Source of the DNA: Polyangiaceae bacterium
GTDB lineage: Bacteria; Myxococcota_A; Polyangia; Polyangiales; Polyangiaceae
Assembly (NCBI GenBank): GCA_033763455.1
Contig: JANRKO010000008.1
Span: 40,051 to 104,050 of the forward strand
DNA length: 64,000 nt
Direction: 5' to 3'
Shown: positions 1 to 9,929 of the stretch, one piece after another
Layout of the letters: every line of letters starts with the position of its first letter
Numbering within the stretch: the stretch's first letter is position 1
Notes under the pieces: model-generated
Databases searched by the model: none
What the model was told of the DNA's origin: nothing
Seen by the model: the letters and a program-made list of their open reading frames with translations, nothing else
Position numbers and translations under genes: made by a program

Positions 1-2
1 TC

Positions 3-47
3 GTTGAGGCATTGGTGAGTGCTGGCTGGTTGAAAGATTTCCCGTGA
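3..47 (+). CDS. 3' end of an upstream CDS (partial, ...VEALVSAGWLKDFP*)
   Basis: Open frame from the window edge to TGA at 45-47, overlapping the GTG start of the next gene (GTGA coupling). Confidence 0.45.
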   Translation, partial: VEALVSAGWLKDFP

Positions 48-1492
48 CGAACTCTGGGGTAGAGGCTCCGAGCTCGCTGCGTGAGTCGAACCAAGAGACG
101 CTTGCTGGTGCTCCCGAGCAATGGTCAGTACGCGATCCTTCGAGCGGCTGGGGGCAGGCATGCCTTCTCGCCGCGCTTGGCTTAGCGCTTCGACTGGCGA
201 TCGCCATTTGGGGCAGCGCCAGATTCCCTCCGAGCGATGATGGCAGCTTCTACCACGTGGTAGCCCAGCGCATTGCTCAAGGCTTCGGCTACACCTGGCT
301 TTGGCCTGATGGCAGCGTCACTTACGCTGCTCACTATCCGGTGGGCTACCCCGGGATGGTCGGAGCAGCTTACGCTGTGTTTGGGCATCTCCCACTTGTG
401 GCGATGTGTCTCAACGCGTGTGTCGGCGCGTTGGGTGTGCTTGCCGTTCATCGACTGCTGCATGCTGAAGCCAACTCCCGCGTTGCCTGGATCGGAGGGC
501 TGGCGGTAGCGCTCAATCCGACGCTACTTTTTTATACCCCTGCGCTCATGACGGAAGGTGTTGTGGCGGCGGGCCTGGCGTTGCTGGCCTGGGCGTGCGT
601 TCCGCGCGCGGACCTTCGTGGGCTCTGGCTTTGGTTGCTAACCGTGGGGAGCTTGGGCGGCCTTTTGACCCTTCTTCGCCCCCAAAGCCTACTGCTGGTG
701 GCAGCGCTTGCGTTCGTGAGCGCTCACCGCGAACGCTGGTTTCTTCGCGCCGGGCGGGCTCTCGCGGTAACGATCATCGCATGTGCGGTCTGCTTGCCCT
801 GGACGCTCCGCAATTGCGAACGGCTTGAACGCTGCGTGTTGGTCAGCGCGAACGGGGGGTGGAATCTCCTCATTGGAACCTCGGAGAAAGCGCAAGGCGG
901 ATGGATTTCTGTTGACGAAATGGGCGTTCCGGAGAAGTGCAGGAACGTGTTTCAGGAGGCGCACAAGGACGCTTGCTTTGGGCACGCGGGAGTAACACGG
1001 ATCCTGCAAGATCCGATTGCTTGGCTGCGCCTCGTTCCGAGCAAGCTGGGGAATACGTTCAACTACGCCACGCCCGCCGCCTATTACCTTGGGGCGGCGA
1101 ATTCGAATGCCTTTCCTGAAGCGCCCCGCACCTGGCTGGGTGCAGCAGAGCTTCTCTCGACTCGCTTGGCCACGGGGGCGGCACTCATGGCTTGCGGGCG
1201 TCGCCGAATTTCCGGCCGCAAATGGCGATGGTGGCTCATGTTGGGTGGGGTCTTGGCTCTGGTCACCCCTTGGGCTTGGCTTAGCTTTGTCTGCCTAGCC
1301 ATCTTGGGTCTTTTCTCGGGGTCCACTGTCGGGCGTTTTGCTGGTGCCACTGTTGCGGTCACCGCCCTGACCCACGCCGTGTTCTTTGGGGCCTCTCGGT
1401 ATGCGTTGGTTTGTCTTCCGCTGCTGATTGCCCTGGCTGCCCAAGTTTTGCGCTCCAAGGACGCCGAATCGCCCCGACAGTTGGTCAGTTGA
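44..1492 (+). CDS. Polytopic membrane glycosyltransferase, GT-C fold (ArnT/PMT GT39/GT83-like)
   Basis: Many TM segments; SDD..Y motif after TM1, YPVGYP, LMTE, LLRP and PWTLRN motifs typical of ArnT-like proteins. Confidence 0.7.
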   Translation: MTNSGVEAPSSLRESNQETLAGAPEQWSVRDPSSGWGQACLLAALGLALRLAIAIWGSARFPPSDDGSFYHVVAQRIAQGFGYTWLWPDGSVTYAAHYPVGYPGMVGAAYAVFGHLPLVAMCLNACVGALGVLAVHRLLHAEANSRVAWIGGLAVALNPTLLFYTPALMTEGVVAAGLALLAWACVPRADLRGLWLWLLTVGSLGGLLTLLRPQSLLLVAALAFVSAHRERWFLRAGRALAVTIIACAVCLPWTLRNCERLERCVLVSANGGWNLLIGTSEKAQGGWISVDEMGVPEKCRNVFQEAHKDACFGHAGVTRILQDPIAWLRLVPSKLGNTFNYATPAAYYLGAANSNAFPEAPRTWLGAAELLSTRLATGAALMACGRRRISGRKWRWWLMLGGVLALVTPWAWLSFVCLAILGLFSGSTVGRFAGATVAVTALTHAVFFGASRYALVCLPLLIALAAQVLRSKDAESPRQLVS

Positions 1493-1585
1493 CTCATGGT
1501 TTTCGACTTCTTGCTTGAAGTGCCCAAGGTCTTTTTGACAGACCGGTGCGTCGCGAGCGATACTACCCGTTAGAAGGAGAGCCAG

Positions 1586-1849
1586 ATGCCGCTTATCGAA
1601 ACCGAAGAAGGTGCACGTCGTCTCGCCCGCGCTATTGCGAGTGACCTCTCGCTCTACAACGAGGAAAAGATCATTCGCGGCATCGAGACAGATAGCCTGT
1701 TTGAAGAACTCAACGAAGAAATCCAAGAGGGGCGCGCCCTCTACAAGAGCCGTGTGTCTCCGGATCTCTACCGAAAGAATTTTTACGACCGCGCACTCGT
1801 GGATATTCTCGTGAAGTCCAAAGGGCACATAAAGAGCAAGCTTTGGTGA
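1586..1849 (+). CDS. romX: RomX-like small polarity protein (partner of RomR in the MglA GEF)
   Basis: 87 aa ARRLARAIASDLSLYNEEKI...EEIQEGRALYKSRVS...HIKSKLW resembles Myxococcus RomX as I recall it; AAGGAG RBS; directly upstream of an RluA gene. Confidence 0.75.
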   Translation: MPLIETEEGARRLARAIASDLSLYNEEKIIRGIETDSLFEELNEEIQEGRALYKSRVSPDLYRKNFYDRALVDILVKSKGHIKSKLW

Positions 1850-1858
1850 AGAGTCTGT

Positions 1859-2812
1859 ATGTCGCTTTCGTTCGTGCTTGACGACACGCAAGCGCGACAA
1901 CGCATCGACAAGGTATTGCACCAGTTCTTGCCTGATACGTCGCGGGTCACGCTGCAACGCTGGATGGCGGAGGGGCGTGTGCTTGTTTCAGGGCGTCCGT
2001 GTCGCCCAAGTGATCTGGTTGGGCCAGGTGCTGTGATTTGGGTCGATCCTGGCGCTCCGTTGCCATCGGAGGCGGCGCCTGATCCAAGTGTGGTGCTCGA
2101 CGTGTTGTTTGAAGATGCCTTCTTGATGGTCATCAACAAGCCGGCCGGGCTCGTTGTGCATCCGGCGCGGGGGCATTGGAGTGGCACATTGGTGAACGGT
2201 CTTTTGGCCCGCAGTAGTTTCTCGCGGGAGGCCTTGGGGTCAGACGCCGCCGCACTTCTTCGGCCCGGAATTGTGCATCGGCTCGATAGGGACACGAGCG
2301 GAGTCATTATGGTCGCGAAAACGGAGGCTGCGCGCGAAGGCCTCAAATCCCAACTCGCCGCGCGCACCGTCGAGCGGTTGTATCGCGGCATTACGCTGGG
2401 TGTCCCGAGCAATGCCATTATCCGTACCCTTCACGCACGCAATCCGCACTCGCGCCTGAAGTTCACGTCACACGCCGAAGTGGGAAAATCAGCCGTCACT
2501 CGCGTGACCGTCCTGGAAAAGCTCGCCAGTGGTCGCGCGGCTTTGATTGAGTGCCGCCTGGAGACAGGACGGACACATCAGATCCGAGTGCATCTCTCCG
2601 AGCAATCTAAGACGCCTCTCATCGCAGATGCGCTCTATGGGCGTGTCTCGAACGATCCCCAACTAGCAGCCATTGGCACACGGTTGGGCCGCCATGCGCT
2701 GCACGCGGAAGTGCTTGGTTTCGTGCATCCTATAACGCACGAAGCGCTGCGGTTCTCGGTGCCGTTTCCCGCCGATCTCGCCGAAACGCTCAGTGCGCTC
2801 CGGGCACTCTAA
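1859..2812 (+). CDS. rluD: RluA/RluD-family pseudouridine synthase with S4 domain
   Basis: RIDK S4 start, INKPAGLVVHP, GIVHRLDRDTSG catalytic motif, LETGRTHQIRVH, ALHA. Confidence 0.9.
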   Translation: MSLSFVLDDTQARQRIDKVLHQFLPDTSRVTLQRWMAEGRVLVSGRPCRPSDLVGPGAVIWVDPGAPLPSEAAPDPSVVLDVLFEDAFLMVINKPAGLVVHPARGHWSGTLVNGLLARSSFSREALGSDAAALLRPGIVHRLDRDTSGVIMVAKTEAAREGLKSQLAARTVERLYRGITLGVPSNAIIRTLHARNPHSRLKFTSHAEVGKSAVTRVTVLEKLASGRAALIECRLETGRTHQIRVHLSEQSKTPLIADALYGRVSNDPQLAAIGTRLGRHALHAEVLGFVHPITHEALRFSVPFPADLAETLSALRAL

Positions 2813-3785
2813 TTTCGTCGGGCTCCGGAATCTTCCCGGCAAAAAGAGTCGGATGCTTGAGCTTTAGGAAGAAGAGCGCCACAAATCCCACAAAGACAGC
2901 CCACCAGAGCGTCGCGAATCGAATTAACATCATCGATGCTGTGGCGGCACCCGTGGTGACTGCCCCAAGATGCACCATTTGCTCATGCAGCATGGCTTCG
3001 GTTACGCCAAGGCCACCGGGTACAGGGATTATCGCTCCTGCGAGCGTAGCCGTAGCGTAGAAAAACACGGCGCGCGCAAGAGGGACTTCGAGTCCAAACC
3101 CGTTGAGCAGTGTGGAGAGCGCTAACCCTTCAAGCCCCCAACCAACAACGGATAGGAGCGCCGGCCAAAGCAAGGCAGAAGGTGCAGCGACCAAGCGCAA
3201 GCTCACCAAGGCATCTCTCAATTTGGGTGCGAAGCGCACGAGCTTGCCTTGGGATTTTTCAATACGTGCCAGCACCCACTCAAGTGGCTTGGGCCAAATC
3301 ACTATAACCAGGCCGACTCCAACTGCCGCCAGGCCAGCCAACGCCCAGGGCAACCCGCCGCTGAAGCCAACGCTACCGAGCAAAATGAGAAGCACGACAC
3401 CGATCACGTCTGTGAGGCGTTCAGCGAAAACGATAGGGGCGGTTCTTGCGGCGGGCACCTGATGTGTTTCGGAAAGCACCGCGCTTTTGAATACCTCGCC
3501 GATTTTTCCAGGAGTGATGGTGAGTACAAAGCCAGAAAGGAAGGCGAGCAAGCTATCGATCTTGGGAATACCGCGGATGTTGAGGCGTGCCAGGTAGTAT
3601 TCCCACTTCAGGAAACGAAGCAGATAATTGGTAGTGGCGAGCGCGAGGGCTAGCGCGAAGGCACTCCAATGAAAGTGCACGAGGCTTTGGGCTATCTTGC
3701 TGTAGCCGGTATACAGCACAAACGCCCCGTACAAGAGCACACCGAGCAGCACCGCCACCAAGAGGCGAGTGACCAGGTTTTTCAT
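2790..3785 (-). CDS. Lysylphosphatidylglycerol synthase TM / flippase-like (UPF0104) membrane protein
   Basis: RFLKW, TPGKIGEVFK, ERLTD, PGGLGVTE motifs; start placed at ATG MKNLVTRLL (ORF extends to 3905). Confidence 0.8.
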   Translation of the reverse strand: MKNLVTRLLVAVLLGVLLYGAFVLYTGYSKIAQSLVHFHWSAFALALALATTNYLLRFLKWEYYLARLNIRGIPKIDSLLAFLSGFVLTITPGKIGEVFKSAVLSETHQVPAARTAPIVFAERLTDVIGVVLLILLGSVGFSGGLPWALAGLAAVGVGLVIVIWPKPLEWVLARIEKSQGKLVRFAPKLRDALVSLRLVAAPSALLWPALLSVVGWGLEGLALSTLLNGFGLEVPLARAVFFYATATLAGAIIPVPGGLGVTEAMLHEQMVHLGAVTTGAATASMMLIRFATLWWAVFVGFVALFFLKLKHPTLFAGKIPEPDEIRVPGAH

Positions 3786-3982
3786 CGGTCGCACAGATGC
3801 CTGACCCCGTAGCGGAAGTACAGGGCTGAAGGCGCCTCTCGCTGGCGAGACTCGTTCGCGCGGCCTTTCGGTCGGCTCAATCGGTCCTAGCCGCTGCCTT
3901 CGCATTGGATCTCGGCCGTTTGATGCTACCCTCCGCCCGCCTCGCTCCGCCCCTTTAGAGCCCTCGGACCGGTCCCCTTTTC

Positions 3983-4993
3983 ATGAGTCTCGAAACATCC
4001 TCATCCTCCTCTGACGTTGAACTGCTTGAGATCTGCGCCGCTGCGTGCAAGCGATTAAAGAGCCAAGTCTCCCGAGTTGTGGTTGGGCAGTCTGCGACGG
4101 TAGATAGCTTGCTCGTAGCTTTGCTCTCGCGCAGCCACGCATTGCTCGTAGGTGTTCCTGGCTTGGCAAAAACGCTCTTGGTTTCGAGCGTTTCGCAAGC
4201 ATTGGGCCTCTCATTTGGCCGCGTCCAGTTTACTCCAGATTTGCTGCCCGCTGACATTACGGGAACCGACGTGCTGACAGAGGTGGAGAGCCAGGGTGGG
4301 GTTCGTCGACAGCTTAGCTTCATGCCCGGTCCCATTTTTCACAACCTGATCCTAGCTGACGAAATCAACCGCACGCCGCCCAAGACACAGGCCGCCCTCC
4401 TTCAAGCAATGCAGGAACGCCACGTGACGGTGGGTGGCTCAACCCACGCGCTGCCGGATCCATTTCTCGTGTTCGCGACACGCAATCCAATTGAACAAGA
4501 AGGCACGTACCCGTTGCCAGAAGCACAGCTCGACCGGTTCCTGTTGGAAGTACACGTTGAATATCCCTCTGAGGCTGAAGAGCAGGAAATTTCTCGACGC
4601 ACCACTTCTGGTCCCGTAAGTGTGATTGAGCCCGTGGTCTCCAAGGAGGAGCTCGGCCGTCTAACCGCGCTCGTGCCGCGGATCCCCGTAACCGAGGAGG
4701 CCGTGAAGCTGGCCGTGCGCATTGCGCGAGCCTCCCGTCCGGAGAACCCTCAAGCCCCGAAGGAAGTGACCGAATATGTTCGTTTCGGGGCAGGGCCTCG
4801 CGGGAGCCAGGCGCTCGTGTTGGCCGCCAAAGCCTGGGCTGCGTTGAGGGGCGAGGCGGCCGCCGATATCGAAGACATCGAAAGCGTGGCGTTGTCAGCT
4901 ATGCGGCATCGGCTTGTCTTGAGTTATCGGGCGGAGGCTGACGGGGTGAAAGACCAAGACGTGCTCCGAGCCATCCTGGGTCAGGTTCGCTAA
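3983..4993 (+). CDS. MoxR-family AAA+ ATPase
   Basis: GVPGLAKT Walker [53 protein letters not shown]. Confidence 0.92.
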   Translation: MSLETSSSSSDVELLEICAAACKRLKSQVSRVVVGQSATVDSLLVALLSRSHALLVGVPGLAKTLLVSSVSQALGLSFGRVQFTPDLLPADITGTDVLTEVESQGGVRRQLSFMPGPIFHNLILADEINRTPPKTQAALLQAMQERHVTVGGSTHALPDPFLVFATRNPIEQEGTYPLPEAQLDRFLLEVHVEYPSEAEEQEISRRTTSGPVSVIEPVVSKEELGRLTALVPRIPVTEEAVKLAVRIARASRPENPQAPKEVTEYVRFGAGPRGSQALVLAAKAWAALRGEAAADIEDIESVALSAMRHRLVLSYRAEADGVKDQDVLRAILGQVR

Positions 4994-5113
4994 ATGAGGC
5001 TTGCCCACCCGAGGCGGGTTTGGCACGGTCCGCGGAAATTCGGGAATGCCCCTAGCCAGTGTCGCGTTCCATCTATTTGGGATTTCGGTAAGTAGCGTAA
5101 GGAAAAGCGGGAC

Positions 5114-5611
5114 ATGTTCAGAACGAAACTTGCAGCGTTTACCCTCTTCGTAGCTCTGTGTCTCCCGGGGCTAGCTCTCCTTGGTGGGTGCGCCACACGC
5201 AACATCCCCGACACGGATGTGGCGGACTCGGAGTTTAACCGCAGGGTTCTCGATTTTTGTGAGACGTACCGCAAGGCCGTTGAACGCCGCAGCATTGGGC
5301 AGCTCGCGAGCTTGGCCGCGCCTACGTACTACGAAGACGGTGGCAACGCAGATTCCTCTGACGACATGGGGCTGGAAGAGTTCAAAGCGTCGCTCAAAGA
5401 TGTGTTCGCCAAGGCGCGAGCTATCCGGTACGAAATTCGCTATCGCCGCATCGGGCGCGGTGAAAAAAATGAAGTCTATGTCGACTACACATACAGCGCC
5501 TCGTACAAGGTTCCGACTGAAAACGGCGATGTTTGGCGAAGGCGCGTGGCCGAGAATCGGCTAGAGCTGATCGAGAACGGCGAAACATTCCGCATCGTTG
5601 CGGGCATGTGA
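5114..5611 (+). CDS. Lipoprotein, probable NTF2/SnoaL-like fold
   Basis: Lipobox LLGGC; helix (YRKAVERRS) followed by beta strands ending FRIVAGM. Confidence 0.6.
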   Translation: MFRTKLAAFTLFVALCLPGLALLGGCATRNIPDTDVADSEFNRRVLDFCETYRKAVERRSIGQLASLAAPTYYEDGGNADSSDDMGLEEFKASLKDVFAKARAIRYEIRYRRIGRGEKNEVYVDYTYSASYKVPTENGDVWRRRVAENRLELIENGETFRIVAGM

Positions 5612-5645
5612 ACCGCGACGCCAATTTCTGGACTGAGGCGCGGAG

Positions 5646-6314
5646 TTAGGGGTCGAGCATGGCCGTGACGCGATATTCATCGTCCACGCGTCGAAGCCCC
5701 ACGAACAAGGTTGCGCCGAACAAGCGTTCTCCGTTGTGTTGCGGCCGCAGCACGGGCACTTTCGCCACGAATTCAGCGCCTTCTGCGAGGGATCGCCCCT
5801 CTCCCAAGAGCTCTGGGGTCTCCGTGCTGAACAGCGAAATGTGCGATAGGTCCAGGGCTTCTTCGCATGGGATGAGCTGATAGGGGAGGCGAGCAAAGCG
5901 CGCTGTCCATGTCGTGAGCAGAGGGCGGCGTTCTCCTTGAACCTCAAGCCAGGGATCGGGTGCGACCAGCGCAGCCAAATCATCCGATGATTCGGCGGCG
6001 ATCGCGGCGCACAGTCGGGCAATGGTCGCAACGGCTGCCGATCTCGGCAAAGGCTCACGTAATGTAACCCACCCTTTTTGTGCGTTAGCCACATCTTGAC
6101 TTCTAGGCACGAGTGCAGCTGAAACGACGCGTGGTGGTCGAGGATTCCCCGATGCCAAATTGGTTTCCGTGGGGTCTTGTGGCGGCATACTGGATGCTGA
6201 GCTCTCCAGGTGTGCGCCACAACCAATCAAGAGTAGGCCGGAAAGCTTCCACGAACTTGCCCAGAACCGAGGGGGAGGGTGAGCGTGCACCAAGTTGGGC
6301 ATGACTGAGCGCAT
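5646..6314 (-). CDS. Hypothetical lipoprotein
   Basis: LLLIGC lipobox, Pro/Ser-rich linker, fills the gap between convergent genes; start uncertain. Confidence 0.5.
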   Translation of the reverse strand: MRSVMPNLVHAHPPPRFWASSWKLSGLLLIGCGAHLESSASSMPPQDPTETNLASGNPRPPRVVSAALVPRSQDVANAQKGWVTLREPLPRSAAVATIARLCAAIAAESSDDLAALVAPDPWLEVQGERRPLLTTWTARFARLPYQLIPCEEALDLSHISLFSTETPELLGEGRSLAEGAEFVAKVPVLRPQHNGERLFGATLFVGLRRVDDEYRVTAMLDP

Positions 6315-6364
6315 CCTAGAATTCTGCGGACTCTTAGCTGAGCGCTTCTTAGGAGTCTGTTGAG

Positions 6365-7198
6365 CTACAGAGACTCGGTGGTGATCTCATCGCTTCGGCT
6401 GAGGGTCACGATGGAGCGTGGTGTCACGCGAGTCCAGCCGGGTGGAAGCTCGTTCATCGCGGAAGCGACCAAGCGAATGCGAGAATTTTCGACGCTCGGG
6501 ATGCGAGCTTTCTGCACCACTTCCTCGCCCAAGAGGTTTTCGAGGTCGTGGCGCCCTTTGAGTTCGCGGTAACCCATCGTGCCGTCTCTGTGTACTGCGA
6601 TGATGCACTCACCATCGGCAACCAAAATATCTCCGCGATTCTTCTCTTCAAAGCCTTCCTCGGCCGACAATTGATCCACGAGGGAGATGGAGGCACGGAG
6701 GGCTGCGCGAATATGTTCGGGGGCCACATGCGCATCGTCGAGCCGACCAGCGTCGTGCAGAAAGCTCAAAAATAAGTAGAAAAACAGCTCGCTGTCCGTT
6801 TCCCCGCGAACATTGCGCCGCAGAAATTCAGGTTGCGAGCCGAGCAGCCGCTCCCGCAACCGTTCAAAACCTTGAATGGTTCCGGTTTGTGCGAACAACC
6901 ATGAGCGATAGCGAAAAGGGTGCGTATTTTCCGTGCGGAGAGCCCCGATGCCGGCCTTCCTCACGTGCCCAATGATGAGATCCCCCCGGATGCCTTCTGC
7001 AGCATCTGCGAGACCAATCACTTCACGTTCATCGATCGGACGCCTGCGCAACAAGACTTCACCAGATTGGTAGAAGCCAACGCCCCAACCGAGCGGCTCG
7101 GGGCCATCACGCCGAACCTGCAGCACGTCGCCGTACGCTTCAAGGACACTGCTGGCGAGATCGGAACGATTCGCGATCAAGCCGAACATTCGAGCCAT
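6365..7198 (-). CDS. Class II glutamine amidotransferase (Ntn, YafJ/EgtC-like) lacking the N-terminal catalytic Cys
   Basis: GWGVGFY, IGHVRKA, ENTHPF, GETDSE motifs; N-terminus reads MARMFG rather than MCR(L/M)FG. Confidence 0.85.
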   Translation of the reverse strand: MARMFGLIANRSDLASSVLEAYGDVLQVRRDGPEPLGWGVGFYQSGEVLLRRRPIDEREVIGLADAAEGIRGDLIIGHVRKAGIGALRTENTHPFRYRSWLFAQTGTIQGFERLRERLLGSQPEFLRRNVRGETDSELFFYLFLSFLHDAGRLDDAHVAPEHIRAALRASISLVDQLSAEEGFEEKNRGDILVADGECIIAVHRDGTMGYRELKGRHDLENLLGEEVVQKARIPSVENSRIRLVASAMNELPPGWTRVTPRSIVTLSRSDEITTESL

Positions 7199-7390
7199 TA
7201 ATCAAACTCCGGGGAAAGCACTTGCCCAAGCATAACGTGTTCATCGCGGTACTGCACGCCGAACGCTCTAAGGGCTAGTGGCCCCAGGCCGAACGGCCCA
7301 GATCGCTAGGACACGGGCAACATGGAACGTACCTCTCCCGCCCTGTAAGCCCAGGTGTGGTGGCGAGGGGCGCGGTGGGGTGAAGCCTCA

Positions 7391-8680
7391 TTACGGGCTC
7401 AGGCGGTTTAGCGTGCGTGCGAACGGGATCGTTTCCCGCACGTGGGGGAGACCACACAGCCAGGCGACGGTGCGTTCCACCCCTAGGCCGAAGCCAGCGT
7501 GTTCGAACGTGCCGTAGCGACGGAGATCAAAATACCACTGAAAGGCGGACTCCGGTAGGCCGTGCTGCTGGATACTGCTCCTCAGTGTTTCAAGATCATC
7601 TTCACGCTGACCCCCGCCGATGATCTCGCCGTAGCCCTCGGGTGCCAACACATCCATGCAGAGCGCAAGATCAGCATTCTCTGGATCGCGCTTCATGTAG
7701 AAAGCTTTGAGCTTCAAGGGGTAGCGATGAACAATTACGGGCCGATCAAACTTGGAACTTATCACCGTTTCTTCGTCCGCCCCAAAGTCGTCTCCAAACT
7801 TCGCGTCGTGCCCCGCCCCGCGTAGGATATCAATGGCTTCGGCGTAGGTGATACGAGGGAAAGGTGGAACAATCGCTCTGAGTTTATCCAGATCACGTTC
7901 GAGCGTCAGAAGCTCAGGTTCACGGGTCTTGAGAACATGAGCCGCAATTGCACCGATGAAGTTCTCGGCGAGCTCCATGTCCCCTGCGAGGTTCATGAAC
8001 GCGACCTCTGGCTCCACCATCCAGAATTCGGCGAGGTGGCGCCGAGTTTTGCTTTTTTCTGCACGAAACGTGGGCCCAAAACAATACACCTTGCCGAAAG
8101 CGGCCGCGCCCGCCTCCATGTAAAGCTGCCCAGATTGGGTGAGGTAAGCCTTGTCGCCATGGTAGTCGGTTTCGAACAGCGTGCTTGTGCCTTCGCAGGC
8201 GCTCGGCGTAAAGATCGGGGCGTCGATGAGAGTGAAATCTCGCTCGTCGAAGAAATTGCGGATGGCCTGGATGATGGCATGGCGGATCCGCAAGATAGCG
8301 TGCTGGCGTTTACTGCGCAGCCACAGGTGCCGGTGGTCCATTAGGAAATCCGTACCGTGCTCTTTGGGCGTGATGGGGTAATCCACCGCGGTTCCCAACA
8401 CCTGGATGGCCGAGATGTGGAGCTCGAATTCGGAAGGGCGTTTGGGGTGCGCACGTACGACGCCTTGAAGACGAAGCGACGTCTCTTGGGTTACATGGCC
8501 CGCGAGCTCGAAGCTTTCGGCATCCACATCGTTCTTCCCGATGACACACTGAACCGTGCCGGTGCCGTCGCGCAGCTCCAAGAAGTGCACCGACTTTCCC
8601 GATCGACTGTTGTAAAGCCAGCCTTGGATGCTGACGGTTTCTCCCACGTGGTGCTTGAGTTCAGTGACGCGCACAGACAT
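7391..8680 (-). CDS. asnS: Asparagine--tRNA ligase
   Basis: OB fold [60 protein letters not shown]. Confidence 0.95.
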   Translation of the reverse strand: MSVRVTELKHHVGETVSIQGWLYNSRSGKSVHFLELRDGTGTVQCVIGKNDVDAESFELAGHVTQETSLRLQGVVRAHPKRPSEFELHISAIQVLGTAVDYPITPKEHGTDFLMDHRHLWLRSKRQHAILRIRHAIIQAIRNFFDERDFTLIDAPIFTPSACEGTSTLFETDYHGDKAYLTQSGQLYMEAGAAAFGKVYCFGPTFRAEKSKTRRHLAEFWMVEPEVAFMNLAGDMELAENFIGAIAAHVLKTREPELLTLERDLDKLRAIVPPFPRITYAEAIDILRGAGHDAKFGDDFGADEETVISSKFDRPVIVHRYPLKLKAFYMKRDPENADLALCMDVLAPEGYGEIIGGGQREDDLETLRSSIQQHGLPESAFQWYFDLRRYGTFEHAGFGLGVERTVAWLCGLPHVRETIPFARTLNRLSP

Positions 8681-8825
8681 AAGGAACCATTATCGTCGGA
8701 GTGGAGGGGAAGCCAACTCTGCGCGGATGCACGCTAAGTTGCGTGGCTTCGCTCTCGCCTACCAGCGAGTGGTCGAGGGCGTACGACACTTGCCATTCTG
8801 AAGGGAGTTCTCTCGGCGCGCGGGG

Positions 8826-8843
8826 TACTTAGCATGCTAAGTA
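8826..8843. promoter_or_regulatory. Perfect 18-bp palindrome TACTTAGCATGCTAAGTA, putative operator
   Basis: Exact inverted repeat in the divergent asnS/ygfZ intergenic region, 8 bp upstream of TTGACA (8852-8857). Confidence 0.6.
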
Positions 8844-8962
8844 TCTCTGCTTTGACAAATTTCAGCTACCCAATACACGGCGTCTTACCTCTTAAGTGAG
8901 GCTCCGTTGCGCTCACTCAGACTAGCGCGTGAGCGGCTCGGTGCTCCGTTGCGCAAGGAACA

Positions 8963-9910
8963 ATGGTACAGATGCGGGGTATGAACGTGATAGCGGCGCC
9001 CGCTGGGATCTCAGTGGTCACTCGGGAGGATTTCTTCTCCTTTGTCGTGACGGGGCCGGAGCGGAAGAGTTGGCTTCAAGGTTTGCTCACCGGTGATGTG
9101 AGTGCCGTAGGGCCTCGGGCGGGCGCATGGAGCTTGGCGCTCACCAAGCAGGGCAAGATCGTGGCGGACTTGGTGTTGCTCGAAAACGCCGACGAGGAGT
9201 TGTGGGTGGGGGGCACCGAAGCCGAGCCCGGTGCCTTTGCGAAGTACTTAGACGCCTTCCTGATCATGGAAGACGCTGAGGTTCGCGAGGCGAGCTCCGA
9301 GTGCGTTTGGATATTCGCTTTTGGGCAGAATGCTTGGGGAACGCTTTCGGGAGCGCGGCCTGGTACGATGGCGCAGGGGCAAGTGAGTGCGCTCGGGGTC
9401 GGCACGACGGCGTGGGTGGTGCAGCGCAACGCGCAGGCGAGCTTCTTACAAAGTGTTGGCGAGCTTGATGCCGTACATGTGGTTGTGGACGCCGAGGAAT
9501 GGTTGCGGTTGCGCCTGCGGCTGGGGCTGCCGTTATTCGGTACGGATTTTTCCGGAGATGAAAACCCACACCAGGCCTCGCTCGAACGCCGCGCCGTCGA
9601 TTGGCAGAAAGGCTGCTACCTGGGCCAAGAAGTGGTCTGTATGCAAGAGATGCGCGGAAAGGTGAAGCGCCGCTTGGTGCGCCTCGAAGTGGAGCAGGCG
9701 GCGCCTGTAGCTGCCGGTGCAGCCGTGTTCGGGCCCGAGGGCGCGTTTGTCGGCGAGGTCACGTCGTCTGTTCAAGCCGACGGCCAACAGCTCGCGTATG
9801 CGCGCGTGAAGGCGCCCTACTTCGACGGCTCGGTGCCGCTCCTGGTGGGTGGGGCAGCGGCGCGGGTAGTTGCAGGCGAGAACGGCTCTTTCGCCAGCAA
9901 GGCTCCATGA
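8963..9910 (+). CDS. ygfZ: Folate-binding protein YgfZ (Fe-S cluster repair, GcvT-like)
   Basis: Signature KGCYLGQEVV, WLQGLLT, GEVTS. Confidence 0.9.
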   Translation: MVQMRGMNVIAAPAGISVVTREDFFSFVVTGPERKSWLQGLLTGDVSAVGPRAGAWSLALTKQGKIVADLVLLENADEELWVGGTEAEPGAFAKYLDAFLIMEDAEVREASSECVWIFAFGQNAWGTLSGARPGTMAQGQVSALGVGTTAWVVQRNAQASFLQSVGELDAVHVVVDAEEWLRLRLRLGLPLFGTDFSGDENPHQASLERRAVDWQKGCYLGQEVVCMQEMRGKVKRRLVRLEVEQAAPVAAGAAVFGPEGAFVGEVTSSVQADGQQLAYARVKAPYFDGSVPLLVGGAAARVVAGENGSFASKAP

Positions 9911-9929
9911 TAGAGTGATCGCTGAAGCC

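Noticed and set aside
7200..7390. Possible ncRNA between asnS and the Ntn gene
   Set aside because: Only short GC-rich stems; no recognisable T-box, riboswitch, SRP or 6S motif.
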